From an uncultured bacterium (lineage in GTDB: Bacteria > Bacillota > Clostridia > Oscillospirales > Oscillospiraceae), in NCBI GenBank assembly GCA_947383145.1, contig CANDCH010000007.1:14602-78601 (forward strand): a stretch of 64,000 nt of DNA, in the 5' to 3' direction. A model generated the notes under the pieces. That model worked only from the letters and a program-made list of their open reading frames with translations, was not told the origin of the DNA and did no database searches. This document shows positions 48,424 to 57,900 of the stretch, in pieces. The position numbers and the translations under genes were made by a program. Each line of letters starts with the position of its first letter. Position 1 is the first letter of the stretch.

Positions 48424-49430
48424 AAAACCGTCTGCAAACCCTGTGGGACCAGGTTCTGCCCAAGAGCGGGCCCTGCCCCCTGCCCGATGTGAAAGCCGTC
48501 CGCCGGCGGGTGGACGCCGCCCTGGACTCTAAACCCCGGGCCCTCCATCCCTGGCGGACCCTGCGGCTGGCCGCCCTGTGCGCCGCCGCCCTGGCGCTGC
48601 TCACCGGGGCCGCCGCCGGGATCAACGTGCTGGTCCCGCCGGAGTACAACGCGCTCAGCGCCTTTTTTCAGGGGGACACCGCCCCCTGGGAGCATTTGAT
48701 GGACTTCCAGCCCGTGTCGGTGCGCGACGAGAACTACACCCTCACCGTCACCAGCACTGTGGCGGATAAGAGCCGCCTGTTCTACACCCTCACCATTGAG
48801 GCCCACAGCGACGAGGCGTGGGAGAAGCTGCAAAAGCAGAAAAGCGAGAGCTTTTATGATTTGCTCTCCTTCCGCTCCCACGGAAGCCTGGGCATAGGCG
48901 GTGAGGACAACTCGGAGGAGCGCACTTCGTATCTGGAGATAGACACCAGCCGGGGCTGGGGTTCCAGCGCCGCTGTCCGGCTCAACCTGATGGAGGAGGG
49001 CAAGTGGCTGAGCTTCTCCTACCGGCCCGTGTCCGGCCTGCGGCTGAAGATCGGGGCGGAGGGCCCGGGCAGCGGCGGCTGGGCCCATCCCGGCCTGACG
49101 GGGCCGGTGACCCTGGAGCGGCTGACCCTGTCCCCTCTGACCATCGAGGCGGAGTACGCCACCGGGGACACCAATCTGTTCCCCGCGCTGTATTTCCTGT
49201 GGGAGGACGGCACGGCCAGTGATCTGGACTCTCTGCTGGGAGGGAACGGCGGCGGCAGCGGGCACAAGGGCGGCGGCAGCGGCGTTATAAAAATGACCTA
49301 CTGCCACAGCTTTGCCGCCGTCCAGGACCTGTCCAAACTGGAGGCGGTGGCGTTCGGCGGCACGGCCTACCCCCTGGACGGGGGCGAGCCCTATGAGATA
49401 GACCCGGACGCCCTGCCCGCCGCCCCATAA
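48420..49430 (+). CDS. putative membrane-anchored anti-sigma factor
   Basis: GTGA overlap with sigma gene, single TM, beta-rich extracellular region. Confidence 0.7.
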   Translation: MKNRLQTLWDQVLPKSGPCPLPDVKAVRRRVDAALDSKPRALHPWRTLRLAALCAAALALLTGAAAGINVLVPPEYNALSAFFQGDTAPWEHLMDFQPVSVRDENYTLTVTSTVADKSRLFYTLTIEAHSDEAWEKLQKQKSESFYDLLSFRSHGSLGIGGEDNSEERTSYLEIDTSRGWGSSAAVRLNLMEEGKWLSFSYRPVSGLRLKIGAEGPGSGGWAHPGLTGPVTLERLTLSPLTIEAEYATGDTNLFPALYFLWEDGTASDLDSLLGGNGGGSGHKGGGSGVIKMTYCHSFAAVQDLSKLEAVAFGGTAYPLDGGEPYEIDPDALPAAP

Positions 49431-49479
49431 CGTGAAAACCCGGCCGGAGGAAGTCCTCCGGCCGGGGCTTTCGCGGGGT

Positions 49480-50439
49480 TCAGCGGAAGAGCCCGCCGCC
49501 CTCCCGGCTGTCCAGCACGTCCAGCATGGCAGACAGCATCTCCGCCGCCTGGGCCCGGGTGAGGGCCTTGGACAGGTCGGCGCTGCTGCTCAGCACGGAC
49601 ACCGCCTCCATGTTCACCACTGACTGGTAGGCCCAGGCGGGGGCGGTCTCCGGAGAGAAGGCGGAGGCGGTTCCCGCCACGTCGCCCCCCGCCAGAAGGC
49701 GGTCGATGATGACGGCGGCCTCCGCCTGGGTGACAGGGCTGTTGGGGACGAACACCGTCTGGCCCGCCGCGTTGGGGCTGCCCTCCACCGCGCCGTCCAC
49801 CAGGGCGGCGGTCACATAGCCCTTGGCCCAGGCGGAGATGTCGGTGTCGTCATAGAACCCGGTGAGGGTCACGTTGTCCAGAGGCTCCCTGCCCGCGGCG
49901 GTCATGGCCATGGCCAGGAACTCCTCCCGGGTGAAGGTCTCCTCCGGGTCGAAGCAGTACAGGTCCCCCACCCGGCGGCCGGTGTACACCCCCGCCTCCG
50001 CCAAGCGCAGGGCGGCGTAGTGGGCCGGATCGCCGGCGAGGTCGGAATAGCTGACGGCGGCGGTCTGCTTCTGGATGACGATCTTCACCGTGGCGGGCTT
50101 GGAGGCGTTCCCCTTGGCGTCGATGGCCACGTAGGTGAAGGAATCCTTGCCCTTTTTCCCCTCGTAGGGGGTGTAGGTGAAGGCGGCGGGGTCGGTCTCG
50201 TCCAGGGCCACCTGGCCCCGGGCGGGGCTGTCCACCACCTGGAAGGTGACCAGGTCGCCCTCCGGGTCCACGGCGGCGAAGCGGCTGAAAATGGCCACTC
50301 CCTTGTAGGTGGTGAGGGACAGGTCCTCGGCGATGGGCGCGGCGTTCTCCACGTCGGCGGTGGAGGAGGTCAGCGCCAGGGCGGGGGCGGTGAGGGCCCC
50401 GGCCAGGCACAGGGACAATATCATGATTCGCTTATTCAA
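49480..50439 (-). CDS. secreted Ig-like (Big_9-type) + SLH protein
   Basis: Signal peptide; APIA..DPEGD..FTYTP..G.DSFTY; SLH repeats; AAGGAGG RBS before TTG. Confidence 0.8.
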   Translation of the reverse strand: MNKRIMILSLCLAGALTAPALALTSSTADVENAAPIAEDLSLTTYKGVAIFSRFAAVDPEGDLVTFQVVDSPARGQVALDETDPAAFTYTPYEGKKGKDSFTYVAIDAKGNASKPATVKIVIQKQTAAVSYSDLAGDPAHYAALRLAEAGVYTGRRVGDLYCFDPEETFTREEFLAMAMTAAGREPLDNVTLTGFYDDTDISAWAKGYVTAALVDGAVEGSPNAAGQTVFVPNSPVTQAEAAVIIDRLLAGGDVAGTASAFSPETAPAWAYQSVVNMEAVSVLSSSADLSKALTRAQAAEMLSAMLDVLDSREGGGLFR

Positions 50440-50584
50440 AGGGTGATCCTCCTTTGTATGGTTGTGGGACAAGTATATACCAAAGGGGCAAAAATTATGC
50501 GGCTCCGCCGGGCTTTGGCGGAGCCGCTTTCGCGCGGGCAAAGCGGCGCCCTCCCCGCTTTTCTCAGGCGGGGAGGGCGCGTGG

Positions 50585-51763
50585 TTACAGCTGGCTGCGG
50601 TCCTTGAGCCAGCTGGGCAGGGGACGCATTTTGATGCCCGACACGATGCCCATGGCAATGAACAGCGTCAGGGTGGACGAGCCGCCGTAGCTGAAAAAGG
50701 GCAGGGTCAGGCCGATGACCGGGCCCACGTACAGGGTCATGGCCACGTTGATGACGGTCTGAATCATGAGCATCCCGGCAATGCCCATGGCGATATAGGC
50801 GGACATGTGGCTCTTGGCCCGCCGGGACACCCACACGCACCGCAAAATGATGGCCAGCAGCACCAGAAGCACCGCGCAGCAGCCGATCATGCCGAACTCC
50901 TCCCCGCACACGGCGAAGATGTTGTCGGTGTGCCGGGCGGGCAGGCTGTCCGGCCGGGAGGACTGGGTCTGCCGCCCGTTCAGCCAGCCCTGGCCGGTGA
51001 GCTGTCCCGAGCCGATGGCCAGCAGGGACCGGCTCTGCTGCCAGCCCCACTTCAGCGGGGACAGGTCGTGGTCCAGCACCACCCGGAAGCGCATGATGCG
51101 GTAATCGTCCCAGTATTTGGTGCGGGGCAGGATAAAGTTCCACAGGAACGCCAGCCCGCCCGCCAGGGGCGTGCCGACCCCGATAAACCACCACTTGCTC
51201 ACCCCGGCCACCCAGGCCATGATGACGAAGATGAACAGGTAGACGATGACCATGCCCCAGTCACTGGACAGCACCGCCAGCGACCCGGCGAACACCCCGG
51301 TGAGGACCACGTACTTCACCAGGGCTGGGAACCGTCCCAGACCCCGGGGCCGCTCCTTGTTGATCATCCAGGCCAGCACCACGATGAAGGACAGCTTGGC
51401 GATCTCACCGGGCTGGAAGCCGGGAAAGTGGGGGATGGGAAGGAACACCCAGCTCTTGTTGCCGGTGCCGCTATCATAGCCGAAGGGCTTGATGAGGGCG
51501 ATGACGAACAGCCCAAGCAGCAGGAACACCCACCACCACTTCTCCATCAGGTACTCGATGTCGATGAAGGTGACCCACACATAGGCCGCAACGCCCATGC
51601 AGATAAACTGAGCCTGCTTCATGGCGTACTCCTGGAGCTTGAAGTCGTACTGGGTGGCGCTGTAGATGAGCACCAGCCCCATGAGGCTGGCCAGGACGCA
51701 CAGCAGCAGCAGGACCACGTCCCCCTTCTTGAAAAATTCCTTCAGCGTGCGGGCCGGCTGCAA
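50585..51763 (-). CDS. rodA: SEDS peptidoglycan polymerase (RodA/FtsW family)
   Basis: FQPGEIAK, AIGSGQLTGQG, RHTDNIF..EEFG, GLTLPFFSYGGSS. Confidence 0.88.
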   Translation of the reverse strand: MQPARTLKEFFKKGDVVLLLLCVLASLMGLVLIYSATQYDFKLQEYAMKQAQFICMGVAAYVWVTFIDIEYLMEKWWWVFLLLGLFVIALIKPFGYDSGTGNKSWVFLPIPHFPGFQPGEIAKLSFIVVLAWMINKERPRGLGRFPALVKYVVLTGVFAGSLAVLSSDWGMVIVYLFIFVIMAWVAGVSKWWFIGVGTPLAGGLAFLWNFILPRTKYWDDYRIMRFRVVLDHDLSPLKWGWQQSRSLLAIGSGQLTGQGWLNGRQTQSSRPDSLPARHTDNIFAVCGEEFGMIGCCAVLLVLLAIILRCVWVSRRAKSHMSAYIAMGIAGMLMIQTVINVAMTLYVGPVIGLTLPFFSYGGSSTLTLFIAMGIVSGIKMRPLPSWLKDRSQL

Positions 51764-51863
51764 GGCGCGGTCCCCCCTTCCATAAAAACTGAAAATCAGT
51801 ATAGCACACCGGCGGGAAATATGCTATACTCATTTGCGAGAGTTTTTGAAATCTTAACTTTAA

Positions 51864-51915
51864 GGAAGAACTGATTAAATCGGCAAGAGCAGATTGCGGT
51901 TTAATCAGTCCTTTC
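51864..51915 (+). mobile_element. MITE copy 3 (52 bp, internally deleted)
   Basis: GGAAGAACTGATTAAATCGGCAAGAGCAG..TTTAATCAGTCCTTTC with TTAA on both flanks. Confidence 0.8.
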
Positions 51916-51942
51916 TTAAATCACGTTGGGAAGTGACCATAA

Positions 51943-52368
51943 ATGGAATTTGTCACCCACAGCCGGGAGGAGACGGAGGCCCTGGGGGCCCGTCTGGCGG
52001 ACGCCCTGCAGGAGGGCCGGGTGGTGGCCTTCACCGGGGATTTGGGGGCGGGCAAAACCGCCTTTGTGTCCGGCATGGCCCGGGCCCTGGGGGTGGAGGA
52101 GCGGGTGACCAGCCCCACCTTCACCATCGTCAACGAGTACGAGGGGGGCCGCCTGCCCCTGTTCCACTTTGATATGTACCGGCTGGGCTGCGCCGACGAG
52201 CTGTTCCACATCGGCTGGGAGGACTATCTGGCACGGGGGGGCGTGTGCGCCGTGGAGTGGAGCGAAAACGTGGCGGAGGCCATCGAGCCGGATGCGGTGC
52301 GGGTGTCCCTCCGCCGGGGGGACGGGGACAACGACCGGATCATCGCCATCGAGGGGGTGGAGCTGTGA
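51943..52368 (+). CDS. tsaE: t6A biosynthesis ATPase
   Basis: [31 protein letters not shown]. Confidence 0.96.
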   Translation: MEFVTHSREETEALGARLADALQEGRVVAFTGDLGAGKTAFVSGMARALGVEERVTSPTFTIVNEYEGGRLPLFHFDMYRLGCADELFHIGWEDYLARGGVCAVEWSENVAEAIEPDAVRVSLRRGDGDNDRIIAIEGVEL

Positions 52369-53072
52369 AAATCATCGCGCTGGAGAGCTCGGCGGTGACG
52401 GCCAGCGTGGCCGTGACGGAGGGCGAAACGCTGCTTGCCCAGTCCTTTCAGCACAGCGGGCTGACCCACTCCGCCACCCTGATGCCCATGGTGTCCGATC
52501 TGCTGAAAAACGCCGGACTCACCCTGGAGGAGATGGACGTGGTGGCGGCGGCGGCGGGGCCGGGGTCGTTCACCGGGGTGCGCATCGGGGTGGCCGCCGC
52601 CAAGGGACTGGCCTGGCCGGAGGACAAGCCCTGCGCTCCCTGCTCCACCCTGGAGTCCATGGCCTGGCAGTGCGCCCACATGGGGGGCGAGGTCTGCGCC
52701 GCCATGGACGCCCGGCGGAATCAGATATACTGCGCCCGGTTCCGGGCGAAGAATGGGGAATTGACCCGCCTCTCCCAGGACCGCGCCCTGGGGCTGGAGG
52801 AGCTGGCGGAGGAGGTCCGCGCCTCGGGAAGGCCCCATATTCTGGTGGGGGACGGGGCCCATCTGGTACAGGCGGCGCTGGAGGCGGAGGGCCTGCCCTG
52901 GGTGCTCACCCCCCCCCATTTGCGGTATCAGACCGCCTGGGGGGTGGCCCGGTGCGCCCTGCGCATGGCCCGGGCGGGGGAGCTGGTGTCCGCCGCAGCC
53001 ATGGCCCCCAGCTACCACCGGCTCAGTCAGGCCGAGCGGGAGCGGAACGAGCGGCTCAAGGCCGAGCCATAA
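52365..53072 (+). CDS. tsaB: t6A biosynthesis protein
   Basis: HSATLMP, GPGSFTGVRIG, MDARR, YHRLSQAER. Confidence 0.95.
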   Translation: MKIIALESSAVTASVAVTEGETLLAQSFQHSGLTHSATLMPMVSDLLKNAGLTLEEMDVVAAAAGPGSFTGVRIGVAAAKGLAWPEDKPCAPCSTLESMAWQCAHMGGEVCAAMDARRNQIYCARFRAKNGELTRLSQDRALGLEELAEEVRASGRPHILVGDGAHLVQAALEAEGLPWVLTPPHLRYQTAWGVARCALRMARAGELVSAAAMAPSYHRLSQAERERNERLKAEP

Positions 53073-53105
53073 GCGAGGAGCGCGGGAAAGCCCCGCGCTC
53101 CCTTT

Positions 53106-53408
53106 TTATTCCACGCCCAGCGCCGCCAGCGCCCTCAGCAGCGCCCGCCACTGCTTGCGCAGGGCCTCGTGCCGGGCCAGCCCGCCGTCGGTGATGTGGT
53201 AATACTTCCGGGCGGGACCGCCGGACGTCTGGCCCATATACTGCTCCGAACAGCCCTCCCGGCACAGCCCCCGGAGCAGGGCGTACACCGCGCTCTCCTG
53301 GGTGTCGGGGAAGGCGTCGTGGAGCTTTTTCAGCAGGTCGTAGCCGTACTGGTCCCCCTGGGCCAGCAGGTGGAGCAGGCACAGCTCGATCAAGTCCTTT
53401 TTCAGCAT
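53106..53408 (-). CDS. PadR-family regulator
   Basis: LLHLL..DQYGYDL, ESAVYALL, GPARKYYHITDGG. Confidence 0.9.
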   Translation of the reverse strand: MLKKDLIELCLLHLLAQGDQYGYDLLKKLHDAFPDTQESAVYALLRGLCREGCSEQYMGQTSGGPARKYYHITDGGLARHEALRKQWRALLRALAALGVE

Positions 53409-54205
53409 AGGGCCACCCCCGCGCCCGCCAGTCCAGCCGCCGCGATCACCCCGCATTTGACCAGGTTTGCCCGCAGCGCAACCTCAATGGGATTGGAAAT
53501 CTCCATAGAGGTCATCCAGGCCATCGTCTCCAGGGACACCAGCATGGCGGCCAGGGCCAGGATATACGCCGCCGCCCACCGGCGGTCGCTCACCCGGGCC
53601 TTTACCAGCCAGTACAGCGCCAAAAAGGAGGTCAGGAGCGGGAGATAGCACAGGGCAATCTGAAAATAATACACAGAGCGGGACACCGTGCGGCCGGGCG
53701 GGCCGATCAGGTATTCTGTCGTCCCCCACATATTGATAAAGCCGTCCATATCGCGCAGGAGCGCCCAGTGGTACAGGAATATCAGCCCAGTCCAGGCAAG
53801 CAGCAGCGCCAAGACGGCGGCGAGCCCTTTGGGGAGCGGAGTCTTGGGCCGCTCTCCCTGCCGGCGGAACCAGACCAGCGCCAGCGCCGTCCCCGCCAGG
53901 GCAAAGACGGGGCCCAGATGGCAGGGGGAGACGCACAGCCGGTAAACCTCCCAGTTCAGCACCCCCGCCCCGCTGTGGCCGATGAGGAGGACGCAGACAG
54001 CCATCACCGCGTATACCGCCAGCCACACGCGGTAGGCCTTTTTCGTGGCGAGGGGGGCAATCACTTCCCGGGGCTTTCCCAAGCCCCGGCGCAGCTCCTC
54101 GTCCGCCACGATGTCCCGGTAGTCGGCGATGACTTCCTCCGCCTCCTGAGGCGGCAGCATCCACCGGGCCCAGCCCTCCAGCCGGGTCATGTAGTCTCTT
54201 TTCAT
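53402..54205 (-). CDS. membrane protein with N-terminal HAAS/DUF1700-like domain
   Basis: DYMTRL..LPPQEAEEVIADY..LGKPREV, then about 6 TM; overlaps padR start. Confidence 0.7.
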   Translation of the reverse strand: MKRDYMTRLEGWARWMLPPQEAEEVIADYRDIVADEELRRGLGKPREVIAPLATKKAYRVWLAVYAVMAVCVLLIGHSGAGVLNWEVYRLCVSPCHLGPVFALAGTALALVWFRRQGERPKTPLPKGLAAVLALLLAWTGLIFLYHWALLRDMDGFINMWGTTEYLIGPPGRTVSRSVYYFQIALCYLPLLTSFLALYWLVKARVSDRRWAAAYILALAAMLVSLETMAWMTSMEISNPIEVALRANLVKCGVIAAAGLAGAGVALC

Positions 54206-54227
54206 GGGACGGCACTCCTCTCACTGT

Positions 54228-54281
54228 TATATTTTTATCTACTGTTAAAAATATAGTATCATACTTTGAGGGGCTTGTCAA
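54228..54281 (-). promoter_or_regulatory. sigmaA promoter with palindromic operator (putative PadR site)
   Basis: TTGACA-N17-TACTAT overlapping TATATTTTTA-N8-TAAAAATATA. Confidence 0.6.
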
Positions 54282-54911
54282 GAAAAACAGAGGAGCGCAC
54301 TGCGCCCGCTTAGAGTGTGTTTCAAATTAAGATTTGCTGCACTGAATATATCATGGTCAATGTTCAGTTTCGGCTTGTAAGCTGTCAAATTGCCCGGAAA
54401 ACCACGCAGACGGAGCTGGTCAGAGCGCCGGTTTTGGACGCCATGGGGAATTGGGGGAAAACGTACATGAAAAAGCAGGCGGCTGCTGGCGCACGCGGCT
54501 TTTCATCACACGGGCTTGTCAAATAAATTGGGCAATGTGCCGCAAAGTGATGGCGGCGCGTCTTTTTGTTGAGAATATGCCTAAAAGCTCCAGAAACCGC
54601 AAGGCTTCAGGAGCTTTTCTATTCATTTCCTCCGAACCGCCTGAAGTCTTCAGGCGGGGGAGCGGCGGCCCCATTTCCCCGTCCGGCTCCAGCCGCCTCA
54701 CTCCGTGGGCCTCGTACTTTTTTCACAAAATCGCGTTTTTTCTTCCATTATGTGTCAAGTATAGGCACAACGTACCAAATCAGCCCGATCTGGTTGTGTA
54801 ATTTTATCCATTTTGCTACACTGTCCCTGAGCAGAATCTGTCAAAACGTGGAATACCGGCAGTAACAGGGACAGGTTCTAAAAATTGCAGAAAAAGGAGA
54901 GAACGGTTCTT

Positions 54912-57900
54912 ATGAAAAAGCGGCTGAAAAAAATGCTCTGCCTGTCGCTGTGCGCGGCCCTCGCGCTGTCGCTGCTGACGCCCGCAGCTGCGGCCGCCAG
55001 CGCCTCCTCTTCCGGGGGGAGCAAAGCGCCCACAGCGCAAACCACCCTGCCCAGCCAGGACTGGCAGGCCCAGGTCAGCTTCCCCGACTGGGCCGGTTAC
55101 GTGGACGACACGCTGGCCATGAACAGCCTGTACAGCTTCACCGGCTTCCGCGGCCAGGGCAAGCTGTATATCACGCCCGGCGCAAGCGTGTCCGGCTTCC
55201 GCCTGTTTGTCAACAACGCGGAGGTGGACACCGGCGCCATGAAGGGCGGCTCCACCTGGGAGGTGGACGTCTCCGGCCTGACCGTGGACGGGACCAACAC
55301 CATCCAGGTCTCCCTGATCCGCCCCTTCAACGGCTCGGTCCAGGTCAACATCCCCTATCCCACGGTGATCTCCGGCGATCCTGAGGACGTGGGCATGGAC
55401 GAGAGCACCCTGGAGCTCATCAGCGACTTCGTGGAGGCCGAGGTCAAATACGGCTTCTCCGGGGCCCAGCTGGCCGTCATCAAGGACGGCAGGCTGGTGG
55501 TCAACGAGGCCTGGGGCGCGGCCAGCGGCTACCGCAGCGACCTGAGCCGCATCCAGCCGGGCGACAGCGACTATGTCCCCGTCACCACCGATACCCTGTA
55601 CGACCTGGCCTCCAACACCAAAATGTACTCGGTGAACTACGCCCTCCAGTACATGCTCAGCCACGAGGGCTATGACATCTCCCTGGACGACCCCATCACC
55701 AAGTTCTTCCCCTCCTTCGGCGGCGAGGGAACAACCATCTTCAAGGAGGGGACCACCGAGGAGCAGAAGGCGGATATCTGCCGCTGGAAGGGCCAGCTCA
55801 CCATCCGGGACATCCTGATGCACCAGGCGGGCTTCGACCCCGACCCCCAGTACTACAACAACAACTTCAACCAGCTCACCCAGGCCCACGAGGAGGGGGC
55901 GGTGAACGCCCTGTACTCCCAGGACCGGGCGACCACCCTGGAGATGGTGCTGGCCTCCCCCCTGACCTATGAGCCGGGCACCAAAACCGTGTACTCCGAC
56001 GTGGACTACATGCTGCTGTGCTTCGTCATTGAGAAGGCGGCGGGCCAGGGCATCGACCAGTTCCTCAAAGAGAAGTTCTGGGAGCCCATGGGCCTCACCC
56101 ACATCACCTACAACCCCCTGGACAACGGCTTCACCAGGGAGCAGTGCGCCGCCACCGAGCCCAGCGGCAACCACTGGACCGACCTGGCGGGCAACGGCTG
56201 GGCGGTGGACTTCAACAACTGCCGGGAGGGCCTGATCCAGGGCGCCGTCCACGACGCCAAGGCCTATTACTCCATGGGCGGCGTCTCCGGCCACGCGGGG
56301 CTGTTCTCCAACGCGGAGGACCTGGCCCGGCTGTGCTCCCTGATGCTCACCGGGGGCTGTGACGGCGTGAAGTACTTTGACAACAACGTGATGGACGAGT
56401 TCACCAAGCCCAAGAGCACCGAAGCCCCCACCTGGGGCCTGGGCTGGTGGCGGCAGGGCGCCGTGGGCCGCCGGAACTACTTCTCCACCCACGCCTCCAG
56501 CGGCACTGTGGGCCACCAGGGCTGGACCGGCACCCTCACCGTCATCGACCCGGAGCAGGACCTGGTGGTGGTGCTGCTGACCAACAAGAAGAACTCCCCC
56601 GTCATGGACAACACCGAGTCCATGACCGACTACTTCGGCGACAACATGGCCCTGGGCGGCCTGGGCACCGTGGTGGGATACGTCTACGACTCCTTCACCT
56701 CCACCCCCGACGCCATGGACGACAGCGTGCGGCAGTACGCCCTGGACCGCATGGCCATGTCCGCCACCCACCACAACGCCTATGACGAGGCCCCCCACAT
56801 GAACGACGCCTTCGCCATGGCGGACTGGGTCATCACCCGGGCGGAAAAACGGCCCTGCACCGAGACCAAGGCCAACGCGGAAGCCGTCTTCGCCGCGCTC
56901 AGCGATTACGTGAACGGCAAGGACGGCGAGGTGTTCGGCGCGGCGGAAAACAAGGCCAACGCCGCCAAGTGGCTGCCCGAGCTGAAGGCCCGCCTGGACC
57001 AGCTGAAGGATTCCAAGGCGGTCCACGCCGCCCCCAAGGCGGCCGCCGTCAAGGTGGCCTCCGCCCCCGGCATCGACCCCGAGACCGGCGGCTACGCCGG
57101 CGGCGACCAGAACGCCGTGTTCTTCCCCCGGGCCTACGGCACGGGCACCGCCGCCTGCTACGACAACGCCGTCACCTGGTTCGAGGGCTATGAGGGCCAG
57201 GGCAAGCTTTACTTCTCCCGGATCAACGGCGGCGAGGAGCGGGATATCTCCGATCTGGCCATCTATGTCAACGGCATCGCGGTGGACGTGTCCGCCATGA
57301 AGGAGAACGGCAGCGCCGCCGGCATCTTTGAGATCGACGTGTCCGGCTGCGCGGTCAACGGCCGCAACACCGTCCAGGTCACCGGCATCAACGACTTCCG
57401 CCGCGGCACGGACGGCGCCTATCTGATGCTGGTCCACAACCCCCAGGTGGTGGAGGGCCAGGGCAGCGTGGACGCCAAGGTGCTGGCCATGCTGGACAAC
57501 ATCGTGAAGGCCGACGTGGAGCACGGCTTCCCCTCCGCCCAGCTGGCCATCGTCAAGGACGGCAAGCTGGCCTACTCCAACGCCTGGGGCGCGGTGAACT
57601 CCTACCGCTATGACCTGACCCCTGTGCTGGAGGGTGATTCTGACTACAAGGCCGCCGGCACGGACACCCTGTACGATCTGGCCTCCAACACCAAAATGTA
57701 CTCGGTGAACTACGCCCTCCAGTACATGCTGGCCCACAGCGGGGACTACGGCGATATCAGCCTCAGCGACCCCATCACCAAGTTCTTCCCCAAGTTCGCC
57801 GATCAGGGAACCACCGTGTTCAAGGAGGGGACCACCGAGGCGCAGAAGGCGGACAACTACCGCTGGAAGGCGGAGCTCACCATCCAGGACATCCTGATGC

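Noticed and set aside
54300..54900. Riboswitch (c-di-GMP, T-box, SAM) upstream of the large hydrolase gene
   Set aside because: No recognisable conserved aptamer core by eye; an Rfam scan would be needed.
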